Assembly (NCBI GenBank): GCA_977862235.1
Contig: OZ374562.1
Coordinates: 2,666,001 to 2,730,000 of the forward strand
Length of the DNA: 64,000 nt
Reading direction: 5' to 3'
From: Dudresnaya verticillata
Lineage: Eukaryota
Of this stretch, positions 25,560-37,657 are shown piece after piece (the stretch's first letter is position 1; each line of letters starts with the position of its first letter). The position numbers and the translations under genes are program-made. The notes beneath the pieces are model-generated. The model saw only the letters and a program-made list of their open reading frames with translations. It searched no databases and was not told the DNA's origin.

Positions 25560-25988
25560 AAGTTCAACATCTCCCCGAGCGATGCCTACGGCCGCCGATG
25601 GATGCCTCCGGTTATTCCTGGCAATGCAGCACTGACATTTGAGATTGAGTTTGCAGACTTCAAGGGCGGCGGACGCGAAGATGTCAAGAAAGTCGCAGAG
25701 TTCAATCCTGAGGTGGCCAGGACTCCCATTGAAATTGCCACAGAATATGATGCCGGACTTGAAACGCAAGAGGAGCGAAGGAAGAACATGTCCTTGCTAG
25801 AACGCTTTTACCTCATGAGCCCATTTTCCAGCCGAACGGGAGAACGCCCGCCTTGGTGGAGCAATCCGATTATTACTTTCGTTGCAATAGCGGTGTTCTG
25901 TGCACTTGACTTCTATCCCGTTGTTGTAGCAGGTGGCATTCATGTGGGCTATGTTGATCAGCCTGTGTATGTGACCATCTTTAAGTAG
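25560..25988 (+). pseudogene. Captured fragment: C-terminal half of an FKBP-type peptidyl-prolyl isomerase with a hydrophobic tail
   Basis: ISPSDAYGRRWMPPVIPGNAALTFEIE matches the FKBP C-terminal signature. The N-terminal half is absent. Confidence 0.75.
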
Positions 25989-26269
25989 CCTTGCTTTTTC
26001 ACTGCTTTACTCCATGTAAATACTGTGCTAACTTCGTGTTGACAGAGAATGAAAATGCGTTTAGGCCAGGTGATGGTAACAATCGGGTGAGAAAGAAATC
26101 ACCCGAGAAAACGCAGCGCCTAAATCACTCAGTGCGAGGTCATGGGTTGATAACTCTCGCGCGACCTCGAGAAGCATTTCGCGACCGAATGCTTGTATCA
26201 TGGGAGCATTCTAGCCTTCTACCTCCTCTGTGAATCTTTCAAATCTGAGACGCTGCCCGGTCGCACATC

Positions 26270-27720
26270 CCGTGCCACCACGTATTACTCTTTCATCGAA
26301 GTAAGCGTTTAGAATTTGTTTTCGGGACTGGGAATGTGTTCTGCAGACTGAAATATCATTCTCGAAACGTCCTGGGCGGAGACGTGCATCATCCAGAAGG
26401 TCTAGGGGTCGCGTCGTCCCCGCAAGAAAAACAGGCTCACCCGAAGAACGGTTGTTGGTGCCGTCTATTTCGGTGAGAAATGTTCCCAGAATGCTATTGA
26501 ATGCTTAAGAAGCGGATTCCTCATCAGTGCAACCTACAGATGCACGACCACGACTCGGAGCGAGAAAATCGACATTCTCAATGACGATGACTGTTTAGAG
26601 TAGGGCCCTCGCTGTAGCGAACAGTTCTGATAGCCGTCTCTCACCATCGCCGACAATGCTGCTTATAATAGATGTGCCTTCAACGCATAGATTGTTTATG
26701 CTCCCATGGGTAACTGTCTGCGACGCCAGTCGCGCGATTGCGGACTTTTCAGATCCTGTTGCACCATAAGAGATTAAACACTTCCATATCCCTAGCGTTT
26801 GCAGTGCTTCCTGGCTGCTATCAGCCGAATGAGGGCCACTCCGAGCCCGAAGCACTGTTGTCAGACATTCTTGAAATCGCTTGATTGGCGAATCCAAGCC
26901 ATGCAAGGCCTTGATAAACTCAGGATCAAAAAGCTCGTCGGCTGGGGTTTCTTTCACGACCGACAGCAAGGATGCCTTTGTCATTTTGACGGAGCCCCAA
27001 AACTACGGAGCAGAAAGAAGGTCATGCGGTTCGAGCGAGGAATTCCTCGCTTAAGAATTGATCGTTGGTCTTCACCAGGCTCGTTCCAGTGTAGAGAACA
27101 AACTTGTCATGTCGCCATGCATGAACCCAGGTCTAACGACGGCAACCCTTTCTGCCATACGTCTCAAATCAGCATGGCTCTTGTTGCTAAAGATATTCGA
27201 GATCCAGTGGAGGGACAGTTTCCTCCTCTCGATGAATGCAAGTGCATGCAAACTGATCACTTCCGATGTACGCTTGCAACCAAATAAACTCGGGCATACA
27301 TCCTGTTGATTAAGTGCAGTAGTAATAAAGACTACAGGGATATGGCTTTCGTCATGCAATGCGGAAAGCTCTTCACGGAGTGCAGCAACGAATTAGTTCG
27401 CTTAAGCGAACGTCACGGGATGACAAAAGTTTGGCTGGTGCCCATACGTCGAGCACACCAATAAGGATTGCAACTGGGACACAAGCAGTACTCAGCATAG
27501 ACTCATTACCAAATATATCGTTTTCAAGACCAACAGCTTCCGAGAAAGGTTCCGAAATAGCACCTCCTATGAACCCAGCATCATCAACTGCTATAACTCT
27601 TGGACACGAGCACACTACCCAAACGCCGGCGAAACGTGCCCCTTGTGCAGCAAGTGTAATATTCCTTGATGCGGAAGTCTTTCATGCGGCAGTCCAGAGC
27701 ACTTGAATGGCTAGAGGTGA
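26270..27720 (-). pseudogene. Captured, decayed AAA+ ATPase (CDC48-family-like)
   Basis: Degenerate Walker A YGATGSEKS, SIISSIVGDGERRLSELFATAR, VIVIENVDFL, FLTEIDG and SRH LDDARLRPGRFE (~26360-26400). Confidence 0.75.
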
Positions 27721-29064
27721 CCTGCGTACCGCTTGTAGAATGCCAATGAGTTCTGGACACGATAAGGGAATGATGAATATGAATAGCAAGCGAGGGCTAT
27801 GGGAGCATCTGAGAGACGTGCGGTTGTCCAATACGACGATCACGGCTCGCATTTAAACGTTTTTCGGTTCGGGAAGGGGTTGGGAGCAATAATACCATGA
27901 TGACCATGATGACAGGCTGAATGATGGCAGGCTGAATTATGGTTTTCAAGGCAAGCGAGAATTTGCGTGTCAGAAGCGAACGTAGGACGGTAAGCAGGCA
28001 GGGAAGCACAACGGCGGTATTACGCAGCGGAGAGGAAGGGGAGTGGAGGAAGATACCGTGAGTGATGGATTCGCGGGGCGGGAGTCGTCGTGGAGAGGGT
28101 AACGGCGTTTGTGAGGCAGTGTGTTTTGGCAGTCATTCTTGTGTCCGCATTCTGGGAATTCATCTCGTGAGCTCGCAGCGCCGAGGCCAGATAGATTGTG
28201 GAGTTTGCGGGCTCTCAGGACCTGTTCCCCGATACTGATATTGCACTTTGGGCTCCTGCGTTCCCGTGAAGCGCAATATCTGTTCTCATAGCAATGTGAC
28301 TTGGCCGCATTCAGAAGCTGTAAAGGTGTTGACGGCGGCCCCATGGAAAGACCCTTTTACAAGCTTACTCAATATCATTGGACAGAAAATCTATACAGGT
28401 AGCGCGCAATTTGCCACATCAAATGAACAGCTATTTGGCCCGGCGCTCTCGCCCTACCTGTTCCCTGATACTGATATTGCACCCACAGGTGTTGACACCT
28501 CCCACCCCCGAGAACCTATTCCTCGTAAATTGACCGCGGCTCCCCCGCTGGCACGGCGCTGGAAACGGTGTGCCAGTACTCACCGAAACCGTGTGTGGCA
28601 TGCTAGTTTACTCGCAGTATCAGCACCTGGCCAGGCCGGCCTCAACTTCAAAGCCCAGCCAAGTCGGCTGGGACAGCAAGCAGCATGCCCTAATTGACTT
28701 TGTTACATCTCGCCCTGCAGGTCCGGTGAAACCTGCATTCTGCCAATTCCAACTGTACGGCCTGTGCTAAGAATAGTTCTGATGGAGACTGCCCACACCC
28801 GGTGAACAATCCACGTGACCTCCCGTGCCATCTCAGAATTTGCGGCACATCCATGTCGTACTCCCGCCGTCCAGTTTGTCGAAAGCCCGTATGGTGTCAG
28901 TCGAAAACGGCACCCGGCAAACATGAGCTGGGGACGTAAAGAACTTCTTGCGGAAGGTTTTCTGAACAGAATCTGGACAACTCGTCGGACATGCAGTACC
29001 CCTTTCCGTACTCTTTCAAGGAGAGCGGTTTTCACGTGCACAGTGAATCTTTCTCTCGCACACC

Positions 29065-32000
29065 ATGTCGAAGCGCAAGAAGCGGAGCAGGGGCTCAAGT
29101 GAGCCCTTGAGGAAGGAGGAGATGGCACAGGCACTGTTTGGAGATGTCATGGAGGGGTCTACCAACATTCGAATAGACCCCAGGTCCTGTGTTCCGATGA
29201 CTGATATAAGGGAATCTCGAGATCCGGTGTTTAGAGGCTCAAGAAGATTTTCAGGGGTGGTGGGACGAGGAGTGGTAACTACAACAACGGGTACATTGCA
29301 GGTTCTGATGCGCCCATACTGGCTCGCCTAACGGGTCCCTTCAGGAGTTTAATTTTTGAGTTTCTACGAGCTAAATGGAATGCGGATGGGACAGAGTACA
29401 CAGAGAAACAGGTGAAAGAAGAGGCCTCCAGTCGGTCGGAGTGGTTCGGAGTTGTTGATGGCATGCATAGACTTATCAACATTATGGAGCTAATCGATGA
29501 AGACCGGGAGACATGGAAGGGGTTTGCTTTGACTGCCACTGTGCTTAAGGGGGGCACAACATCCAGATTCTGAAGCAACTGGCTCGTCATCAGAACAGAA
29601 AGCACGACTCCAGCTTTTTGTAGAGATCACGTTTTACGATCAGATATGCGGTCTGAGGAAAGAGGCAGACCGTCTCGAAGCCAGTAATGGGAAGACTCCG
29701 ACTGCGACGGCAGTTGCCGAAGCATGTGATGGATGCAGTCACCTATCGTAAAACACTATCAAACAGACAGCGGCAACCGTTCTTCGTCTTGACCGTCGCG
29801 TTATCGATGTAATTGGGAAGATAATGAAGGAGGAGGTCCCTGAACTAACAACTATACAACTGTTGACTGCTTCCGGAAAGGCCATAGACTCAAATGTTGC
29901 GATGCAGAATCTGGATTGCAGAGTATACAGACGCTTCATTCACGTCAGTTCCATCAAGTCTTCCAAGGCCTTTATGAATGCAGGCAGCTCTGATAACGGC
30001 ATTACTGTTCAAATAGCTACCCTGTACAGGCTTCGAGAGGTGTCAAGGACACACAATTTCAAACCTATTTCGGCCAAACACACGCAAGAGCAATTCGTGA
30101 AAGCTTCAGCCGCCCTTTCCGAGACTCGGAAGTTTGAAGCGATGAGGGAGAGGACAGAATGGCCGTCAGGCATGAGTACATTAAGAGAAAACCTGTTACA
30201 GACTACAAAGCTGGACGTCGAGGTCATCATGAATCGAGGTAATGACCGTACACTGTTGAAAACAATAGTTGAAATGTACAGAGAGTGTTGTCCGGAAGAG
30301 GCCCCAGTGAAGTTGCAGAAGTACAAAGATCTGCAAACTGTGATGGATTCGACAGAAGGCAGACGTGATGACGCTGTCATGACCCGCCCGGGTTCCAATG
30401 AATGTGGAGCAAAAGATTCTGACGGTCAACAGAATTTGGACTGCACGTTGTCACCGCAGGTGGACGCTACCGGAATCTGTAACGACGACGAGGTTTTAGC
30501 CTTAGTAACATCAACCAATTCGAAAAGGGCAGAAGGTCGCTAACCAGCAGAATCTGTACAGGCACCCGTCCAGAACGCATACCCTAAAGCTGCATGTGCA
30601 GCCAAATACCTTTCTGTACCGGAAAAGAGTCCCACAGACCCCATTGTATCAACTGTGTCATCAAAGCAGTCTGTTCGCCTCAACATGGGTACTAAGCCTG
30701 TGCCGGTGGAGGACGGATCGCTTTCTGTTCCAATAGATTATCTTGCGGAAATGAAACTGACATGCTTTCAGATGATATGGCAGAGCTACGACAGTACCGT
30801 AAGGAAGGAAGGTGACAAACGATTCGATTTCATCCTCACTGATCCACCATACGGTACACCGAAATCGCAGTCTAAGTCGGGGAGGTCATTCGATAATTAC
30901 CTCAGCGAGGAAGACATTAAGAATATAGTTGAGTTCTCGAGGCGCGTACTTGTAGCAGGGGGTGGTTGTTTGTTTTCACGTCATTCCTGAACGCCAGTGT
31001 ATTCCACGATGCTATGAAGAAGGCACAATTCATGTGCCCAGCATACCCATTCGTATTCTCCAAAAACCCCAAGACCATGCAGGAACATCGGGGGAGCGAT
31101 ATGCCCCAGAACTGCGTGGAAATAGCTGTCATGGCGCGTGCCCCAGGTCAGCATGGCAGAGGGTTCTCGCTCGACCTTAGGAGCGAGTATCACTGCATCC
31201 CCTCCCCAGAAAAGCGGAAATTCGCGTGCATGTCCTCTCTACCAACACCAAAACACAAGTTGCTACGCCCAGGCATCAAGTCCCCAGTTCTGGTCGAAGA
31301 GAAGTCTCCCAAAGTACTTGTGGAGATAATGACAACATTCTGTCCGGAGGGCGGGTCAGTTCTGGATATGAACAGCGGAACCATGACGACTGGGATTGCA
31401 GCTCTCAGAACAGATCGTCGGTGTACACTAATCGAATCACAGGTCGAAACATTCAAGCTGGGGGCTGAACGTTTGCGTAGGCTTGCCACGGAAGCATATG
31501 AAATGAAGACAGATCGTAAACGTTTGGAATCAAGTGCTCATGACGAAATGAATGGTATCGGTGAGGCAGCAAGAGGTAGTGTTGTCAAAACAGATTCTGG
31601 TCAACCAACAAACCATTCCGTAACAAGGAAGGGACCTGAAATGTCCCATCTGACGACACCGTCCGAGCACGTATTGGATGACCCCGAAGAGAGTATCGAG
31701 AAGCACGGCAGGAGTGAAGACACAGTTGTAGGAAGTGTGGAGCTGAATGAAAAGTGCAGGAGAAGGAAAAAACCTGAACCTTGTGCAATGCCCAAGGCCG
31801 GAGACAGAATCACGCTTCTTGCAGATGATAAGGAAGTGGAGGAGGCCGTGTTGCATCCTGAAAAGACTCCAGGAGGGAATTGGAATGAACGCTTGCACGG
31901 CCACGATCTGTCAGAATCTGCCAAACCAGGGGAGCATCTTGTGGTCGTGTACAGTTTGAAGGTCATGGCGGAGTATGAGCTAAGTTCGTATCCGTATATA

Positions 32001-32093
32001 TTCAAGGGAGTAGAGGACCCTCCTGCCAATCTCAAGGGCCTAAACGGCTTGTTGTTCTCGTGGGACTTGCACAACATGAAGAAGATTGGGTAG
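29065..32093 (+). pseudogene. ParB/Srx domain + HTH + beta-class DNA amino-methyltransferase (DPPY) + C-terminal domain shared with the transposase; ~1000 aa, several frameshifts and stops
   Basis: VVDGMHRL at 29451-29474. HTH-like KTPTATAVAEA..G.S near 29690-29790. FDFILTDPPY (DPPY at 30841-30852) precedes EKSPKVLVEIMTTFCPEGGSVLDMNSGTMTTGIAA...IE. Confidence 0.85.
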
Positions 32094-32601
32094 GAATTAT
32101 AGTCAGTACAGTACTATTGCCATAGGCCGAATTGAACATTTCTCGAGCATCCCTATTCTGAACATGTCTTTGCGTCTTGCTTCCGCCATGGTCCATGAAT
32201 TCGACGTCATTCAGGCACCATTTACTCGAATAACGCCAGTGCTTCCACGTGCCGTACTATGAACGCGGGGGTTATATTTGGTCCACCAAACAGAATCTGT
32301 CACGGAAGGCTGTCGCGAGTGTGGCACATGTACCGTACTGCTGCAGCTGTTGGCAACGTTGCGGCATATTGGCAGTAAGTGATTGATCGACTACGTACCG
32401 GAGTGCGCCCAGGGCTGTCTCCAACGCATATGAAATGGACACCCGTGAGCTCGTGGAAAGATGGACCATGTATTGTCCAGGCACGCAGTGATCCTGTCGC
32501 AGTTAAAGGCCTCGGCCATTTCGGAAAGAGAGCTGAGATGAAACGAAGTTTTCGTTCACCACCATAATCTGCTGTGACCAGAATACCGCTGTATTGAGAC
32601 C

Positions 32602-33123
32602 TTGGATGACTTGATTCTGGATGTGGAAAAGCTGTACAACGCCGTTAAACGTCGGATGGAGGAAGATCTTAATCGTGAGGCACGAAATTGGACGCACCAA
32701 AGCCCTAGCAGTGACGACGACATTCTAGACAACCACAATGACGTGGATCGTGCCCAAATGGCTTGGGAATCATCACAGCAATTTTACGCAGGTAAGACGA
32801 TGATGGAGCATTCCCACCATCAGAAAGCTTTGGAAAAATTGTACAGGTTGTTGCTGAAGAAAATCTTTCTCGTGGGAAGGGTCAAGTACGTACACGGTGC
32901 AGCCCATGCTATAGACTTCGCGATTGTCGAAACGCTGCACAGGGGCGGAGAGAACTCGTATCAACTGGACCGCTACACACGTCTGCTTTGCACCAAATTC
33001 TACATGTCCAACAGCCGCGCAATGAAACCGGAGGTGAGGATGTGCATCATGAGGAGCCTGAGCAATGAACTGTCTAGTTGTGAAGGGCTGTATATGCGGA
33101 AGCATGATAGCAGCGATTGCTAA
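32602..33123 (+). CDS. Hypothetical protein inside the DNA transposon
   Basis: 173-aa open frame with protein-like composition. No motif recognised. Confidence 0.35.
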   Translation: MDDLILDVEKLYNAVKRRMEEDLNREARNWTHQSPSSDDDILDNHNDVDRAQMAWESSQQFYAGKTMMEHSHHQKALEKLYRLLLKKIFLVGRVKYVHGAAHAIDFAIVETLHRGGENSYQLDRYTRLLCTKFYMSNSRAMKPEVRMCIMRSLSNELSSCEGLYMRKHDSSDC

Positions 33124-33302
33124 CTTTAGAGATAGTAAATTGGTGGCCTTCTCCCACGAGCACAGCAATGCGCTTCATTCCATTTGGCGGCCTACAATCG
33201 GGGATGTGCCCCATTGAAGTATGGCATGGTCCTCAGCTGCGGCGCAATAAACGCGGCGCAGACAACAGAATGCAATGGGGTCAGGCTGGCATTGTGCAGA
33301 AC

Positions 33303-34459
33303 CGCAAGGGAAATCGACGCCGGTAGTGTCAGTCTACGTCACAAGTTAAGTCCGAACCGCGGGTGCGCAAGTGGCTTAGCTACCTGGTAGTGTACCAGGT
33401 CGGACGGGTAGTGGGCCCAGTTGTGAGAACGGGTCAGAATGCGGGTGGCCGTGCCGCACGGGAGCGGGGTAGGGGTGAGGGAGGCGTATCGGGGGACTGC
33501 TGGGTGGGGCTGAACATGCGTCAGAATGCGGGCACTTGATGAGGACGTGTCAGAATGCGGCCGGGCGCGGTGCGCAGGAGCGCGGGGAAGGATGAGGGAG
33601 GCGTGTCGGGGGACTGCTGGGAGGGGCTGACCATGCGCGCGAATGCGGCAACTTGATGTGGACGTGTCAGAATGCGGCCGGGCGCGGTGCGCAGGAGCGC
33701 GGGGAAGGGTGAGGGAGGCGTGTCGGGGGACTGCTGAGAGGGGCTGACCGTGCGCCCGAATGCGGCAACTTGATGTGGACGTGTCAGAATGCGGCCGGGC
33801 ACGGTGCGCAGGAGCGCGGGGAAGGGTGACGGCGAGGTGTCGGTGAACGACAGGGAGCGTGAGACAGAGTGCGGTCACAGGCCGGACTGGGGCGGGGAGC
33901 GGCACTACGGGTCTGGGAGGGGGTGGGGAAGCGCACCTCATTACGCGCAAGACAGAAGCAGAGCGCGTGCGCACGTGCCGGAATGCGGAATGTGTGGGCC
34001 AGTAGCAGCACCAGGAAGGGTGATGGCGGGAGTTGCTGTCGGACGTGAGGAGGTGGCCGAGCGCGCGTCGGAATGCGGTGGGAAGCCAAGTCCGAGCGCG
34101 TCGGAATGCGGTGGGAAGACAAGTCCGAGCGCGTCGGAATGCGGCGGGAAGTCGCCAGAATGCGGTGTGCGGTCGGGGGGCGGGGGCGCGGGCGGCGGGA
34201 CGGGTCAGAATCAATTTCTGGAGAATTTTTAATTGGAACTTTTCGGAAAAATCACAACTTTCGGGAACTTTCGACCCCCGGGGGGGTCCATATGCCGGAG
34301 CGCATAACTCCGAAACCATTTGCGTTTGCTCCGATCTGTTTGCACCACTATTCTCAGGGTAGCGCCCCCTTTCCAACGCGCTATCGAACGCCGAGATTCA
34401 AGGACCCTCAAAAAGTTCTGTTCTGTTTTGGAAATTCTGTAGCCGGCGAAATTAGTGTT
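33303..34459 (-). repeat. Right TIR (~1.15 kb)
   Basis: Inverted copy of the left TIR, with one extra ~31-bp unit near 34060-34140. Confidence 0.93.
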
Positions 34460-34463
34460 CGGA

Positions 34464-36114
34464 GTTTTATAGGGTCAAGTACCCTCAAATCGCCGGGGAC
34501 CACACGGACCTTGAAGTGTCCTACTCCATGCCAGTGGGGACGCCCACCATCGTAGCCTACCTTGGCTTGGAGATGATGGACGGTCACGCAGACGAGAGTT
34601 TCTTGTGGTCGATATGCCGCGACGAATGGATCGTCCTGGTGACGCAGGTGTTGGTGTACGAAGCCCGTCGGGGGCTGCTGTATTTCATCAATTCCCGACT
34701 TCGAGGGGCCATCCGCACTATAGGCGCATCTGCCTTTTGCGCCACCGCGGAGGATGCTCAGGACCTGGACCAACTCTTGCTATATGTAGAGCGCATTCGC
34801 TGGAGCGGCATTTCAAAGCGCAATAGGCACTTGCCTGAGAATACCGGCCACGTGACGCCTGTATACGACCGCGGCGACTGGGTAGACTTCGACGCCGCCA
34901 AGTGGCACTCAGTCCTTCCGGACTACCTAATGGCCCCTATACCCGAAGAGAGTGAGTCCATCTTATTGGATGAGTGCGAGCGTCGGTCTGGTTATACCAG
35001 GGGGTGTGTCAGCGTCCCCTGCCGGGATGAAGGGCCTAAACACCCTGATGCCGTGCCTCCCTTCGACGACTCTGTGGACGGGGACCCTCAGGGGCCGTAC
35101 GTCCCAGTATTGACTCACCACCATCGAGCCGACAGTGAGATCCGAGATCTATTTGGACGTCGTGGCTTAGCCATCCGGCTCGCTGCCCATTGGGGTATCT
35201 ACTCCGTCAACCTTCACAGTCTCGCTGACTGGGTTGAGGAGGTCCTAGCCGAGTATGAGGCTCACTGGGTTGGGACACCGGGTCCCATTGACCGCCTTTT
35301 GACTCACCTGAATAAGTTGCCCCCGCTGGGCGGGGTCAAGGTTAAAGTTGAGCCTGGAGTGAAGATCAAGAAAGAGGCGGACTCTAAGGTCCGCCGCGGC
35401 ATCGGCTACGGTAAGCCGGGTACTTCTGCCCAGGGCTCTTCTGGTGCCATTCTAGCGCCAGGTGCTCGTGAAGCTATTGAGGATAACGAGTCTAAGATTC
35501 CGAGCGAAAAGCCTTTGGCTGGGGCTTCCAGCGAGGGTGGAACTGCCGGGCCGCCGGCTGCGGCAAATATATCATCCATGGCTCAGCCATCGGCTTCTCG
35601 AGTTGGCGTCCCTCTGCGCTCCGTGCTTCCAGGCACCGTGCCTACTTCCACCGTGGCGCCATCCGGGCCGTTGCAGCCGAATCCGCCTGCTACCAGCGAG
35701 GTATTGAAGGCTTCGTCAGGGCTAGGCCCTACAGTAGCGCCGCCGCCTATGCCGGGTCAGGCTGAGCTGCCTTTAGGTGCAGCCGAGGAGGTTTCCTCGG
35801 CGCCGACGAGCGATGAGCCGAAGGCTAATGACGACTTGATCGTCAAAACGGAAGTGGTCCTCAAGGAGGAGGAGGAGTTGGAGCCTAATGAGGGCGGAGG
35901 TGTTGCACCTATAGCCGCGCCTATGGACGTTGAACTTCCAGCCAGTGAGGCTCGTGGTGCCACAATGGAGGGTATGCGCCGAGGCCGCGGTCCGCGTCGT
36001 GGTCAAGGTCGGCTAATTGTTCGCGGAGTTCGTCGCATCGTGTCGGCACAAGCTCCCGCGGCTCCGAACCCGCCTCTTGACGGAGATGAAGTCATTGACC
36101 TTCTCTCAGATTAG
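34464..36114 (+). pseudogene. Gypsy-B antisense ORF, C-terminal part
   Basis: TPTIVAYLGLEM...LWSICRDEWI...GDWVDFD followed by an Ala/Pro/Glu-rich tail. Confidence 0.75.
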
Positions 36115-37657
36115 CTGAGCCAAGTCCTTAATGGCTTGAGGCACCGAGCCAAATATGGGTGAGAAGCCTATCCCAGCGGCTTAACCGCTTATCAATATAC
36201 CTCGTCTTGTATTCTTAACCCAACGCCTTGGTAGGCTTCGAGCCTTCACGTCCTGTGCCACTTCCCTTACTAGGGAGACAGTGGTGCCCTTGCCTGTTCG
36301 GACACCGTGGGACAGTCTATTATTGGTTGACCAATACTCTTCCACAGCGTCTGTCGCGGCTTGAGAGCGTGCCAGCAATGTCAGCAGTTGCTCTACAGTA
36401 TTGAGCGACGCACTGTAGCGTATTTTTGCGCGAAAGCCTTTATGGCTGCCAATTGGCCACACCGCTCCGCCACCTTGCTGTAGCCCTTCCGTGGGCTTTG
36501 GTCTCTCGTTGCAAGCACAATTTGGGTGCCAGCGCCATGGGCTTTACCCATCGCCACTACCACGAGGTAGAGGTTAGCGGCATCGGCTTCAAGCCCGCGT
36601 GGCCTCCAGAGTTTTCAGAATCAATACGCTTGATGCTTATTCCTCCCATTCAATGGGGTCTCACGCGATTTTCCACGGCTGTCCCAACAGGGGTGGGAGT
36701 CGTGGTATCAAGACTCATGAGTCTGGGATTGGCGTCTTTTTGGCCTTACGCCCTCACTGGGCTTGGCGCTAGCGCCCTTTTCGTGGGAGGTAGTTAGCAA
36801 ACCTTCGGGCTTAATGCCCCGTCCAGGTTGCAGCGTCGGCATCGCTTTTCGCAGTCCAGCTGCAATCAAGCACCATCTCGCTGGTAGTTATTGTTGTAGT
36901 AAATTACGAGTTAGCCATTGCCACTGTTCCTTACCTGCACCGAGGGGAGAGTGGTCGCCATAGCTTTTGCCTTTCAGGATTGTTTCCTTGGGGTAGCTAT
37001 GTTCTGGCAACTCTGCCTAACGATAGCCTCTGTGCTCGAGGTTGGCCTCATTTCTTAATCCGGCCTTGAGTAAGGTCGCCAACCTTATGAATAGCGATAG
37101 TTGCTGTACTGTACACCTTCACTCTGCTAACGTAGGATCGACGCCTAGCTCTGAAGCGCACGATAGCTTTGGTAGAACACATCTTACAGAGTTCACCTCT
37201 TGATTACATCAATCCATTTCCATTCATGTATCCACGATCCAATCCTTCTGACATCTATCCATGTTATACATCTATCCAGAGTCTTGACTCTTCTTTCATC
37301 TATCCAATTTCACATCTATCCAGAGGCTTGACTCTTCTTTCATCAGTCCATATTTTAAATCTATCCAAGGTCCTCCCTTCTGTAGCCGTATACATTGGCT
37401 CATCTCTTGAGAGGTTAACCCCTGCTTCCGTGTGCTCGGTAATCAGCGAATTCCGTCCTTATCCCCTAGGCTGAATTCATATAGGCGCGAGGGTGCCCCT
37501 TTCGAAACGGAAACAAGGTTCTATCTCAACGCATAAAAGATTGTATCTCATAGTCGGGAGATCTGACTGCATACAGCATAACTACTGCTTGGTTCTGCGT
37601 GTCCGATTGAGATCACTCGTAGGTCCGTTGCCTTACTCAGTGCGGTTATTCAACACG

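Larger units (their letters stand above)
20466..34459 (-). mobile_element. 14-kb Sola-like (DUF7869-type transposase) TIR DNA transposon carrying cargo and a ParB-methyltransferase
   Basis: Ends AACACTAATTTCGCCGGCTACAG / CTGTAGCCGGCGAAATTAGTGTT with 4-bp TSD CGGA (20462-20465, 34460-34463). Excision restores the host frame ...SIRPE|FYRVKYP. The superfamily call is by eye. Confidence 0.88.

Noticed and set aside
30655..31500. Bacterial restriction-modification locus or contamination
   Set aside because: No endonuclease seen, and the gene lies inside a TSD-bounded element nested in eukaryotic retrotransposons.
20468..34457. CACTA/EnSpm superfamily assignment from CACTA...TAGTG
   Set aside because: No 2-3-bp TSD at those ends. 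The inverted repeat extends 2 bp further, gives a 4-bp TSD that restores the host ORF, and the transposase motifs are not Tnp2-like.
33339..34555. Long ORFs in the TIRs (and similarly in LTRs, e.g. 1874-2662, 40921-41562)
   Set aside because: GC-rich repeat sequence with repetitive Arg/Pro/Ala translations; spurious.
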